A DNA stretch of 64,000 nucleotides, taken from NCBI GenBank assembly GCA_965248575.1, contig CBDFJQ010000002.1, forward strand, positions 992,001 to 1,056,000, in the 5' to 3' direction. Below the pieces are notes generated by a model. That model ran no database searches. It was not told where the DNA came from and worked only from the letters and a program-made list of their open reading frames with translations. Positions 10,655-20,341 of the stretch are shown here, in pieces. Both the position numbers and the translations under genes were made by a program. The stretch comes from Planctomycetota bacterium. Lineage in GTDB: Bacteria; Planctomycetota; B15-G4. The stretch's first letter is position 1. Every line of letters begins with the position of its first letter.

Positions 10655-11656
10655 CTAGCCACCGCCAAAGATGTCGTCAAAGATGTCGTTGAGGTCGCCC
10701 CCTCCGCCATTTCCGCCGCCGCCGCCACCACCGCCACCACCACCGAAGTCGCCAAGATCGCCAAGGCCGCCACCGCCTTCGGTGACATCGACATCGAGCC
10801 CGCCCCCTCCATTGGGCCCATTCGGTCCACCTTCACCACCTTCGCCGTCGCCACCTTCGGCGGCATTGGGGCCGCCAGCCTGACCTGCAGCTGCGACGAA
10901 AGTGGGAGGCAGGGGGTGGACGCGCATGGTCAGGCCCGCGTCCTTGGTGAGGGGGATCAGGCGTTCGAACCACTGGGTGCCGAACTCCCGTTGGGCTCGT
11001 TCGTCAGCCAGTCGTGGGCCCACTTCGATACCCAGGATCACGCGCACCATGACAGGCAGGCTGTGGCTGACCGAGGCATCCCATTCCTCGACCGGATCGG
11101 TTTCCAGCTCCTGGTCTTCGTAGTAGCGGAACTGAAGCGAGACCACGCGATCATAGACCCGCTCGTAGGCGCCTTCCTTGAGCGGCTCTTCGTCGACGTG
11201 GAAGGTTTGCCGGCGCCAGAGTTCGAGCACGTCCGGCAAGACCGGGTTCAAGCGTAGGCGATAGCCCGTCTCGCACACATCGGCCGTGGCGTCTCGGTCT
11301 CCGATGCGTTGGACCAGCGTGCTGTCGACGCTGGAAAGGAAGACCAGGTTGTCCGCACTCTCGCCCAGGAGCGTGCGCCGCTCGCCCTTGAAGACCTCGT
11401 CGTCCTCGATGTTGAAGGCCCAGACGCGGCGCAGGTCCGCCTCGATCAGGTCAAGGATCTGGGGGCCCAAGCGCGCCGCACGCACCTCGTGTTCCAACAT
11501 GTCCCGGGTGCTCAGGGTCACGTTCAGGGTGAGATAGAGCTCAACCATGATGAAGGCCATGATGGTGAGCGCCACCATGACTTCGATCAACGTGAAGCCT
11601 CGGTGAGGCCGACCAGCCGGTCGCGGGCTCATGGCAGCTTGCAGGGGCGTCGTCAT
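10655..11656 (-). CDS. Type II secretion minor pseudopilin, GspJ-like, with Gly-rich C-terminal tail
   Basis: Prepilin site HRG|FTLIEVMV; WD..LP..VRV motif; fourth pilin of the gsp cluster. Confidence 0.8.
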   Translation of the reverse strand: MTTPLQAAMSPRPAGRPHRGFTLIEVMVALTIMAFIMVELYLTLNVTLSTRDMLEHEVRAARLGPQILDLIEADLRRVWAFNIEDDEVFKGERRTLLGESADNLVFLSSVDSTLVQRIGDRDATADVCETGYRLRLNPVLPDVLELWRRQTFHVDEEPLKEGAYERVYDRVVSLQFRYYEDQELETDPVEEWDASVSHSLPVMVRVILGIEVGPRLADERAQREFGTQWFERLIPLTKDAGLTMRVHPLPPTFVAAAGQAGGPNAAEGGDGEGGEGGPNGPNGGGGLDVDVTEGGGGLGDLGDFGGGGGGGGGGGNGGGGDLNDIFDDIFGGG

Positions 11657-12237
11657 GGGTTGTTGTTTCCCAGGAGATCAGAGTTCTCTTCCCACACCCG
11701 CGGGAGAAAGCCCTCCAGGGCAACGTGCTCTTCCTCGTCCTCCTTCTTGGAGTCGGGGAAGTACACCTTCACGCTGAAGCGTCGCACACGATGCGGATCG
11801 CTGCGCATCTCTTCATCGGCTGCCTCTGCATCGGAGGGGGCGATGGCGCCGAAGTCGTTCGCGAAGGGGTCCTGATCCTCCTCGTCCTCGGGGCGCCCGG
11901 TCGCCAGGTCCCAGTCTTGGAGGGTGAGTTCGTAACGGAACTCAGGCAGCTCCTCGAAGCGGCCCTCGAAGGCGTCGATCTGCTCCACTTCGCGGCCGTG
12001 AGTAGCGATCAACTCCTGGGCATGATGCAGGGCCAGGAGCATGTACTTGCTTCGAATCGCGCGATTGGTGGCGTCCTCGCGGATCTGGAGGATGGGCAGG
12101 ATGACGATGCCGAGCAGCATCACCGTCACCATGATCTCCAGCAGCGTGAAGCCCGCCTGCGCTGCGCGCGGCGAGGCAGGGGCTTGCCGGGCTCCGCAAG
12201 TCACCGAAAGCGGCAAGAGATCACCGGAAGCTGGCAT
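11653..12237 (-). CDS. Type II secretion minor pseudopilin, GspI-like
   Basis: Prepilin site QAG|FTLLEIMV; position in cluster. Confidence 0.75.
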   Translation of the reverse strand: MPASGDLLPLSVTCGARQAPASPRAAQAGFTLLEIMVTVMLLGIVILPILQIREDATNRAIRSKYMLLALHHAQELIATHGREVEQIDAFEGRFEELPEFRYELTLQDWDLATGRPEDEEDQDPFANDFGAIAPSDAEAADEEMRSDPHRVRRFSVKVYFPDSKKEDEEEHVALEGFLPRVWEENSDLLGNNNP

Positions 12238-12811
12238 CGTTCACCTCTTCCTTGTCGTCGAAGGGCAACTCCTCCAGCACCCGTGAGTCGTTTACCAGGC
12301 CGTCCACCTCCACCCAGCGATGCTCCAACTCCTTGAAGTCCGGGTTCACGAACTTCACCCGGTGGGCAGCCATGCGCCCCAGGGCCGAGATGCGCAGCTC
12401 GATGTCTTCCTTGGTGCGCTCCGTACCGTCGGCAAGGACCACCGACTCCATCTGCATGAAGTCCGACAGCAGGGTCGGATCGAGGATGATCGTGACACCG
12501 GGGCCCAGCACCCGGCCGTCGTCATCGACCTCCACCGGGTACCAGGCCTCGATCGTGTTCGTGTCGATGTGATAGGCGAACACGACCTCGCGCTGCGTGA
12601 TCAACGCATGCGTGCGCATCTTGCTCAGATTCGTCTGCAGCTTCGACGCCGTGCTCTCGAGCTGCGCTTGCGGCAACATCGCGTCGTAGTTGAACACCAG
12701 GGTCATGGCCATGCCGAGCACAGCGACCACGACCATCATCTCGATCAGGGTGAAGCCCGACCATCGGCGTGCTGCACGCCGTGACGGAACCTCCACCCCT
12801 GAGCGAGACAT
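12221..12811 (-). CDS. Type II secretion minor pseudopilin, GspH-like
   Basis: Prepilin site WSG|FTLIEMMVV; follows gspG. Confidence 0.78.
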   Translation of the reverse strand: MSRSGVEVPSRRAARRWSGFTLIEMMVVVAVLGMAMTLVFNYDAMLPQAQLESTASKLQTNLSKMRTHALITQREVVFAYHIDTNTIEAWYPVEVDDDGRVLGPGVTIILDPTLLSDFMQMESVVLADGTERTKEDIELRISALGRMAAHRVKFVNPDFKELEHRWVEVDGLVNDSRVLEELPFDDKEEVNDASFR

Positions 12812-12820
12812 GCTGGTTCC

Positions 12821-13261
12821 TCAAGCGCCGGGGAGCGCGTTGGCGTTGGACGAGATGTCGCCGTCCGCGAACTCGCCACCCTCAACCCCGTCAGCGCCCA
12901 GGGACATGATCTCAAACTTGCGGCTGGTGGACTTGTCGTAGCGGAACTCGTTTTCCCAAGCGTCGAGCAGCAACTGGGGCTCGACCCAGGGGTCGCCCAT
13001 GTTCTTGGGGTCTTCCTGGAGCAGCTCCTGCAAGGTGTCGGGCACCTTGTTGTGCTTGAGCCGGTACTGACCAATGATCTGCTTCAGGTTGGTCATCTTG
13101 GCCTTCGTCGTCTGCACGGCGGCGTCGTCCAGGCGGTTCATGACGCCCGGCACCACGAGGGTGGCGATCAAGCCGATGATGGCGATCACGACCATGATCT
13201 CGATCAGGGTGAAACCCTTTTGAGAGGTGCGTCGGGCGCTGAGCTTCGTGTCGTGCTTCAT
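12821..13261 (-). CDS. gspG: Type II secretion major pseudopilin
   Basis: QKG|FTLIEIMVVIAII; DAWENEFRY and SLGADGVEGG..DI, the GspG C-terminal signature. Confidence 0.92.
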   Translation of the reverse strand: MKHDTKLSARRTSQKGFTLIEIMVVIAIIGLIATLVVPGVMNRLDDAAVQTTKAKMTNLKQIIGQYRLKHNKVPDTLQELLQEDPKNMGDPWVEPQLLLDAWENEFRYDKSTSRKFEIMSLGADGVEGGEFADGDISSNANALPGA

Positions 13262-13392
13262 GGTCCATACTCCAATCGTGCGTCCCTGCCCCGCCCCAGA
13301 CTGACCCTGGGTGTGCGTGTTGGGAACATGTGTTGTCCGTCCGACCCGAACGGGGCCAGAGGCCCAGCTCAAGTCGGTGAGTTCAGTTTAGG

Positions 13393-14613
13393 TCAAATGC
13401 TGGCGCTGCCCAGCGAAAGCATCGGCATGACGATGGCCATGACGATGAATGCCACAGCTGCAGCCATGATGATGATCATGATCGGTTCCAGGGCTGCGGT
13501 CATGCGGTCGGTGGCAATCTCCACCTCCAGATCGTAGGCCTCAGCCAGGCTGTCGAGCACTTCCTCCAACTCACCGGATTGCTCACCCACGGCAATCATG
13601 TAGCCCACAGCGGGGGGAAAGACCCCGCTGCGCTTCAAGGGCGTGGAGATATCGGCACCCTTCAGAATGGCGGCGTGCAGGTCATCGAGCACCTTCTGGA
13701 GAACGGCGTTGGCGATCACCTCGCGCACGATCTTCAGGGCTTCCAGGACCGGAACACCCGTCTTGAGCAAGGTGGAGAGGGTCACCGCGAAGCGCGAGAT
13801 GGCCTGCTTCTTGAACAGGTCGCCCATGACCGGCATGCGCAGCAGGAACATATCCGTCGAGTACTTCCCGCGCGGCGTTCGGCGGATGGCGCTGAACACC
13901 ATGCCGATCACGACGATGGCCACGGACAGGAGGATCCAATACTCAGTCAGGAAGTCCGTTGTGTCCCGCAAGATCTGGGTGGGGAGCGGCAGCTCCTTCT
14001 GCTTGGCCTCCACCAGCGCGATCAGCTGGGGAACCACCTTGATCATCAGGACCGTCACCACCAGGCCGCCCACCGCCATCATGATGATGGGATACATCAG
14101 GGCCGAGACCACGCGGTTCTTCATGCGCGACTGGTTCAGCAGAAACTCGCCCAGGCGCTGGAGCACCACGTCGTTGTTACCGGCGGCCTCACCGGCGCGC
14201 ACCATGCTGACGTAGAGCCGGGGGAACACGCCGGGGTGCAGCTCGAGGGACTCCGCGAAGGAAGCGCCTGCGTTGATCCGCTCGCGCACGTCCCGGAAGA
14301 CGATCTCGAGGTGCCGACTTTCGACCTGCTCGATCAGGGCCTTCAGGGCGTCGTTGAGCGGGATGCCCGAGCGCAGCAGGGTCGCCAGCTGGCGGGTGAT
14401 CTGCGGAAGGTACTTGGACGTCTTGCGCCGCATGCGCCATTCGCCGAAACGCGACTGGCCCTTGTTGCCGACGGACTTGAGTTCATCGATGTCCGTGACG
14501 TGCAGCCCCTTGCGTCGCAGCTGCAATCGCGCGTCTCGGGGCGAGTCCGCATCCTCGATGCCAGCCTTCACCTGGCCCGTGTCGTTGTACGCCTTGTACG
14601 AATAGACGGGCAC
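13393..14613 (-). CDS. gspF: Type II secretion inner-membrane platform protein
   Basis: QLATLLRSGIPL, AGEAAG, ALMYP, VGEQSGEL, ALEP. Confidence 0.93.
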   Translation of the reverse strand: MPVYSYKAYNDTGQVKAGIEDADSPRDARLQLRRKGLHVTDIDELKSVGNKGQSRFGEWRMRRKTSKYLPQITRQLATLLRSGIPLNDALKALIEQVESRHLEIVFRDVRERINAGASFAESLELHPGVFPRLYVSMVRAGEAAGNNDVVLQRLGEFLLNQSRMKNRVVSALMYPIIMMAVGGLVVTVLMIKVVPQLIALVEAKQKELPLPTQILRDTTDFLTEYWILLSVAIVVIGMVFSAIRRTPRGKYSTDMFLLRMPVMGDLFKKQAISRFAVTLSTLLKTGVPVLEALKIVREVIANAVLQKVLDDLHAAILKGADISTPLKRSGVFPPAVGYMIAVGEQSGELEEVLDSLAEAYDLEVEIATDRMTAALEPIMIIIMAAAVAFIVMAIVMPMLSLGSASI

Positions 14614-14614
14614 G

Positions 14615-16330
14615 TCAGACGTCGTCCTTCTGGGTCACCCGCAACACTTCGTCGATGGTGGTCACTCCTGCGGCCACCTTGTTCAGCCCGTCCATGCGCA
14701 GGGTGCGCAGGTTGCCGGACTGAACAGCTTCCTTCTTGATCAGGCTGGCGCCCGCCCGCTCCATGACGCGCAAGCGCACCTGCTCGTTCACGGGCAGCAT
14801 CTCGTAGAGCGCCGTACGATCCACGTAGCCGCTGTCGAAGCAGTAGTCGCAGCCCGCACCGAAGGCGACCTTGCGATCCTCGAAGCGATCCAGCTCGAGG
14901 TTCACCGACTTCAGCTTGGCGAGCATCTCGGCGTTGGGCTCGCTGACCGTCTTGCACTTCGGGCAGATCACACGCACGAGGCGCTGGGCGATGCAGATCA
15001 GCACCGAGGAAGCCACCAGATAGGGCTCCACGCCGATGTCGAGCATTCGGGTCACAGCGCTCGCCGCGTCGTTGGTGTGCAGCGTGGAGTACACAAGGTG
15101 ACCGGTGAGCGCCGCGCGGATGGCGATGTCCGCCGTCTCGTTGTCGCGCACCTCACCGATCATCATGATGTCGGGGTCCTGGCGCAGGAACGAGCGCAGC
15201 CCCGCGGCGAAGGTCAGCCCCTTCTTGGTGTTCACCTGCACCTGGGAGATGCCGGCCAGGTTGTATTCCACCGGATCCTCGATGGTGAGGATGTTCTTCT
15301 CCTGGGTGTTCTGCTCAGTGAGCGCCGCGTAGAGCGTCGTGGTCTTGCCGGAGCCCGTGGGGCCGGTCACGAAGATCACGCCGTGGGTGTAGGCGACGTA
15401 CTCCCGCAGCAGGTTCTCGTTGTACTCGTCGAGCCCGATGTTGGAGACGCGGTAGACGCGCGAGCTCTTGTCCAGGAGACGCATGACGATGCGTTCGCCA
15501 TAGGTCGTGGGCACCGCGGAGATGCGCACGTCCACATCACCTTCGCCCATGCGCAGCGTGGCGCGACCATCCTGAGGCAGCCGACGTTCGGCAATGTCCA
15601 TCTTGCCCATGACCTTAATGCGGCTGATGATCGCGTCCTGGTACTTCTTGGGCGGGGCCTCCATGTCGTACAGCACACCGTCGATGCGGTAGCGCACCTG
15701 CAACTTGTCGGGGTAGGGCTGGATGTGTACATCCGAGGCACGCATCTTCAGGGCCTGGAACAGGATCATGTTGACCAGCTTGATCAACGGCGCCTTGTTC
15801 GAGACATCGAGGAGGTTCTCTCCGTCGTCGTCCCCGTCGTCCAGGCGGATCAGGTCCTCGTCATCGTCGATGTTGCCGAGGGCCTCATCCACCATGTCCG
15901 AGCGCGTCTTGTAGGCCCGGTTGATCAGACTGGTGATCTCGGCCTTGGGCGCCAGGATGATGTCCACCTCGCCTTCCATGAAGGTGGCCAGATCATCCAT
16001 GGGGTGCAGGTCGAAGGGCGCGCAGGTCGCGACCAACACCGTGCCGTCCCCTTGCTCCACGCCTACGAGGTTGAAGGAGCGCGCGAAGTGCACCGGCACG
16101 CGCTCCACGAAAAGCGGCGGCACCTCCACTTCCCTCAGCTCCTGCCTGAAGGGATACCCCAGGTAGCGAGCCATGATCTTGAGCATCTCGGCTTCTTGGA
16201 GGTAGCCCTTCGCCACCAGCAGCCGGTCCAGGCTCTGGTTGCCATCCCGAACCAGCGCGGCGGCATCCTTGATGTCGTCAGGGGCCATGCCCCCATCCGT
16301 GACCAAGATCTCTTGCAGTGTCTTGTCCAT
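14615..16330 (-). CDS. gspE: Type II secretion ATPase
   Basis: DIAERRLPQDG, Walker A GPTGSGKTT, EDPVEY, LRQDPD, two CxxC pairs. Confidence 0.95.
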   Translation of the reverse strand: MDKTLQEILVTDGGMAPDDIKDAAALVRDGNQSLDRLLVAKGYLQEAEMLKIMARYLGYPFRQELREVEVPPLFVERVPVHFARSFNLVGVEQGDGTVLVATCAPFDLHPMDDLATFMEGEVDIILAPKAEITSLINRAYKTRSDMVDEALGNIDDDEDLIRLDDGDDDGENLLDVSNKAPLIKLVNMILFQALKMRASDVHIQPYPDKLQVRYRIDGVLYDMEAPPKKYQDAIISRIKVMGKMDIAERRLPQDGRATLRMGEGDVDVRISAVPTTYGERIVMRLLDKSSRVYRVSNIGLDEYNENLLREYVAYTHGVIFVTGPTGSGKTTTLYAALTEQNTQEKNILTIEDPVEYNLAGISQVQVNTKKGLTFAAGLRSFLRQDPDIMMIGEVRDNETADIAIRAALTGHLVYSTLHTNDAASAVTRMLDIGVEPYLVASSVLICIAQRLVRVICPKCKTVSEPNAEMLAKLKSVNLELDRFEDRKVAFGAGCDYCFDSGYVDRTALYEMLPVNEQVRLRVMERAGASLIKKEAVQSGNLRTLRMDGLNKVAAGVTTIDEVLRVTQKDDV

Positions 16331-16342
16331 GGGGAGCGGGCT

Positions 16343-18493
16343 CTAGCCGTCGCCCGAACTGGAGGTGGGGGTCGCCACCTGCCGTTCGCCCGTGGACGGA
16401 ACCGCCACGGTCGGCATCTCGAACACCTGCTCCAAGCCCGTCATACGCGGCAAGCTGTCCGGCACGTCGTCGGTGGTCAGCGAACTCACCAGCTCGCTGA
16501 TGTCACCCCCCAAGCGCTCCACGTCCTGCTGACGCGCTGCACTGATCTCGTCCAGCAGGGCGAAGTCCGTGTCGATGATGTGCGAGGTGATGAAGACGTA
16601 GAGGAAGCGATCCTCTTGCGCATCATCGAAGGCCCGGAAGAGCCAGCCGATGAGGGGCAAGTCGCCGAGCCACGGCACCTTCGAATCGCTAGCGCGGGAG
16701 CTACGGCTCACGAGCCCACCCAGGATCACCGTGTGTCCATCGGGCACCGTGACCGGCGTCTCGATCTCGCGACTGGTGATGTCCGGCGGCGCACCGGGGA
16801 TGCCCGACTGCGAGGGCTGGAAGCTCGACACCTCGATCTTCACGCGCAGACGTAGGTAGTTGCCCGCGGAGATCGTGGGGGAGACGCCGAGGCGAATACC
16901 CGCCGTCACCGTCTCGAAGGAGTTGGTGGTGACGGAGTTCTGCCCCGTGGTGGTCACCTGGTAGGCCGTCTCCGTCTCGGCGGCAAGCTCGGCCTCCTGA
17001 TTGTCGTTGGTCAGGAGCGACGGCCGGGAGAGCACCCGGGATTCCGAGTTGCCTTCGAGCCACTGCAGGAAGACCGGAATCGGGATGTCCTGGCTGCTGA
17101 GCAAGGCGAGGGTTCCGCCCTGGCCCTGGACGCTCGAGGCCACCTGACCCAGGTCGAGGGCGCCCGTGGTGGCGTCCACGCCGAAGGTCGTGCCGAAGTT
17201 GGAGAAGAAGCCGCCGTCTTCCGCGGAAGCGGCACCGATGCCAGCGCTGAACATCTCGTTCAGGGTGCGCGAGGTCTCCACGATGGCGGCCTCCACGAGC
17301 ACTTGCGGGCGGCGCACGTCCAACTGCTGCAGCGTCGCCAGGAGCTCGCCATACTTGCGATCCGAGGCCGTGATGATGAGCGAGTTGCTGGTGGTGTCCG
17401 CCACCACGCTGGCCGGGATCTCGAGGCTGTTCCCACCGCCCGGGGCAGCGCCACTACGGGCCGCCTGCTGATTGGACTGCTCCTCCTGAAGCACCTTCGT
17501 CAGCACCTCTTCGATGCTGCCAGCGTCCGTGTTCTGAAGCCGCACCACATGCGTAAAGCCCCGCGGTTCCACTTCCACGTCGAGGATGTCGATCCACGAC
17601 TCCATGCGGTCGACGATGTCTAATTCGCCAGCCAGCATGAGCGCGTTGCTGCGCGGGTCGGGAATGATGCGCGGCTCGATCTCGCGTGCGGCGAGAGCGC
17701 CTGCGCCCTGGTTGACCTGGGTCTGGCCGGGTCGCAATCCGCGCGACGCCGCCAGCAGATCGGACAGCACCGGCTCCACCTCGTCGACCGATGCATGGTT
17801 CAGAACGCGCTTGCGAATGGTCGGCTGGGGGCTGAAGGGCGGCACATCCACAAGGCCCACGAGCTGATACGCGCCCCAGACGTTGGTGCCAAAACCTGTC
17901 AGCACCAGGCTGTTGCTGTTCTCCACCGACCGCACCTGTTCGATCTGCGTGTCGAAGAAGGGGTTGAAGGTGCTCATGGCGTTGCGGGCGTCCACATACT
18001 TCAGCGGGATGGACGTGGTGATCAGCACCGCAGGGTTCTGCGCATAGAGATGCAGCAGTTCCATGGGCACGATGGGGGCCTGGGACTTGGGCCCGGCACC
18101 ACCGCGGCCGGCACCACCTGCCGAGATCTTCCGGATCTCAAGGAAGGAAGAGCCCTGAGGCCCGTAGTCCAGAACGATGAAGTCGTAGGCCCTGAGCACC
18201 GCCTGGAAGAAGAGGTAGAAGTCCTTCTGCTGGACCCGGATGGGACCCACGATCTGGATCCGCGCATCACTGACCTCAGCGCGCTTGTACATGATCGGGC
18301 GACCGAGCAGCACCTTGGCCAGATCGATGAAATCCAAGAGCTTTTCCCCGTTCTCCTCATCAAACTGCAGGACGAACTCATCGCCAGAAGTGGTGATGTC
18401 CTGGGGAAGGGGAGCCGGCAGCGGAGCTGCCCAGACCTCGGGGCTGCTTAGGGCCAGCAAGGCCACCAAGCTGATGAGGAGCTTCAGGCGCAT
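16343..18493 (-). CDS. gspD: Type II secretion secretin
   Basis: Signal peptide; repeated N domains (xSNSL); LDVRRPQVLVEAAIVE; VILGGL..KVPWLGDLPLIGWLF. Confidence 0.93.
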   Translation of the reverse strand: MRLKLLISLVALLALSSPEVWAAPLPAPLPQDITTSGDEFVLQFDEENGEKLLDFIDLAKVLLGRPIMYKRAEVSDARIQIVGPIRVQQKDFYLFFQAVLRAYDFIVLDYGPQGSSFLEIRKISAGGAGRGGAGPKSQAPIVPMELLHLYAQNPAVLITTSIPLKYVDARNAMSTFNPFFDTQIEQVRSVENSNSLVLTGFGTNVWGAYQLVGLVDVPPFSPQPTIRKRVLNHASVDEVEPVLSDLLAASRGLRPGQTQVNQGAGALAAREIEPRIIPDPRSNALMLAGELDIVDRMESWIDILDVEVEPRGFTHVVRLQNTDAGSIEEVLTKVLQEEQSNQQAARSGAAPGGGNSLEIPASVVADTTSNSLIITASDRKYGELLATLQQLDVRRPQVLVEAAIVETSRTLNEMFSAGIGAASAEDGGFFSNFGTTFGVDATTGALDLGQVASSVQGQGGTLALLSSQDIPIPVFLQWLEGNSESRVLSRPSLLTNDNQEAELAAETETAYQVTTTGQNSVTTNSFETVTAGIRLGVSPTISAGNYLRLRVKIEVSSFQPSQSGIPGAPPDITSREIETPVTVPDGHTVILGGLVSRSSRASDSKVPWLGDLPLIGWLFRAFDDAQEDRFLYVFITSHIIDTDFALLDEISAARQQDVERLGGDISELVSSLTTDDVPDSLPRMTGLEQVFEMPTVAVPSTGERQVATPTSSSGDG

Positions 18494-18814
18494 GAGGACG
18501 GTCTCTCCGAGGCGGTCCGTGCAAGATCGGAAGGGGATGGGGTGGAGCCACCCGACGGAATGCTCCGGCCGGATGATCGGTCGATGATGGGGGCTTGGAC
18601 GGACGATCTCAACGGTGTATTCCCCATCTCAGGGCAGGATCGGAGCCGGCCGGGAAAGGCTCAATGAGCCCTGCCTTCGGGCTTGCAGTGGGGCTGAGCG
18701 GTCACTAACCTCGTCCGGTTTCGACGGGACACAGAAGTTCACCCTGTTGCGGGACGGTCCGCTGCAGGCCCTTGCTGCCCCGGCTTGGCACCCATTCCCG
18801 CTGGCATTCCCTTC

Positions 18815-19285
18815 GTGAAGCTCTCAGAGGTCCTCACCGAGTCCGCCGTCCTGCTCGATCTTTCGGGCCAGGACAAGTGGCAGCTCATCGAGAATCTCAC
18901 GGATTGCCTCGTGGCCAGTGGGCAGGTGGAAGGGGGTCACCGCGACTCCGTCCATCAGGCCCTGGTGACCCGCGAGAAGTCCATGTCCACCGGAATGGAG
19001 AATGGCATCGCCATTCCCCATACGTCGGTGGACGAGGTGGACAAGACGGCCGTTGCCTTGGGAATATCCCGCGCAGGCCTCGATTTCGAGGCCATCGACG
19101 GGCGCCCGACCCATTTGGTGATCTTGCTGGTCAACCCCAGCAATCGCACCAAAGCTCATATCCGCACCCTCGCTGAGATCGCCCGGCTGCTGTCCAGTGC
19201 CGAGCTCCGCACCGCACTGCATGAGGCACCCAGCGTCCTCGTGGCGCTGGAGAAGATCCGTGAGGCAGAGGCAGCTGTTACGTGA
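18815..19285 (+). CDS. PTS EIIA (Ntr/fructose-type) domain protein
   Basis: RE..MSTGMENGIAIPH (phospho-His), DFEAIDG, HIRTLA..ARL; GTG start at 18815. Confidence 0.9.
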   Translation: MKLSEVLTESAVLLDLSGQDKWQLIENLTDCLVASGQVEGGHRDSVHQALVTREKSMSTGMENGIAIPHTSVDEVDKTAVALGISRAGLDFEAIDGRPTHLVILLVNPSNRTKAHIRTLAEIARLLSSAELRTALHEAPSVLVALEKIREAEAAVT

Positions 19286-19347
19286 CGGCTGCCATCCTTC
19301 CGATACACTAGCCCTTTGGCTTGACACGTTAGTTTCAGGAGTATCAC

Positions 19348-19749
19348 TTGGTCATTCGCATCCAGACCCGCGAGAACGAGCCCGTCGAGAAGGCCCTTCG
19401 ACGGCTTCGCAAGCTGTGCAACAACGAGGGCGTCACCCGCACCTCGAAGGCTAAGGCTTACTTTGAGAAGCCCAGCGAGCGCCGCCGCCGCGACAAGCGC
19501 GAGCGCCGCAAGGCCATCCGCCTCTCCATGCGCGCCAAGCGCCAGGACGTGGCGAAGCTCTTGAACCGCCGCCGCAAGGCTCGCAAGAACGCCCGCGCCG
19601 CAGCACGGGAGGCCGAGGCATCCCAGGTCCGGGCCGAGAACGCGGCCGTCACAGAGAACGACGTCCAGGTCGAGGCTGCAGTCGAGACCCAGGTCGATGC
19701 TGTGGCACCCCAGGCCAACCCGGTCACCATCAACACGACTGAGTCCTGA
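19348..19749 (+). CDS. rpsU: 30S ribosomal protein S21 with C-terminal extension
   Basis: ENEPVEKALRRL..YFEKPSERRR; TTG start with AGGAG ribosome binding site at 19337-19341. Confidence 0.88.
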   Translation: MVIRIQTRENEPVEKALRRLRKLCNNEGVTRTSKAKAYFEKPSERRRRDKRERRKAIRLSMRAKRQDVAKLLNRRRKARKNARAAAREAEASQVRAENAAVTENDVQVEAAVETQVDAVAPQANPVTINTTES

Positions 19750-19891
19750 GGGATCGTCCCGGCCCTTCGCCGAGCCCTCGGGCTCAAGCGTTGTCGTCCG
19801 GGTCCGGAGGCGTTTCACGCTCTTGTGTGAGGCCCTTCCTGACGAGCACCGGAGCCTTCTGGCTGCGGTGCTCGTTTGCGTATCCCGCCGG

Positions 19892-20341
19892 CTAGGTCGC
19901 TGGCGTGGACTCCGCAGCCATCATTTTGTCGACGCGCCGGGCATGGCGTCCGCCTTCAAAGTCTGAATCCAGGAAGGCCGTCACGACTTCGTCGAGAACG
20001 CTGGCGTCCAGCACCCGCGCCCCGACGCACAGCACATTCGCGTCGTTGTGTGCGCGACAGAGCTGGGCTTCGGAAGGGTCATTGCACTTGGCGGCACGCA
20101 CTCCGTGGACCTTGTTGGCCGCGATGGACATGCCGATGCCCGTACCGCACACCAGGATGCCGCGCTCCACCGCCGAATCCGCAACACGCCGAGCGACACT
20201 CACGGCGTAGTCGGGGTAGTCGACCGACGAATCGTCCGCGGGCCCACAGTCCAGCACCTCATGCCCAGCCTCCATGAGCATCTTGGCGAGGTGACTCTTG
20301 GTCTCCACACCTGCGTGATCCGAACCCAATGCGATCTTCAT
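19892..20341 (-). CDS. rpiB: Ribose-5-phosphate isomerase B
   Basis: GSDHAG, DYPD, CGTGIGMSIAANK, HNDANVL, FEGGRH. Confidence 0.97.
   Translation of the reverse strand: MKIALGSDHAGVETKSHLAKMLMEAGHEVLDCGPADDSSVDYPDYAVSVARRVADSAVERGILVCGTGIGMSIAANKVHGVRAAKCNDPSEAQLCRAHNDANVLCVGARVLDASVLDEVVTAFLDSDFEGGRHARRVDKMMAAESTPAT

Noticed and set aside
19321..19347. Perfect TTGACA before rpsU as a -35 box
   Set aside because: The spacing to TATCAC is 15 nt and the TSS would fall inside the ORF; AGGAG there is better explained as the ribosome binding site
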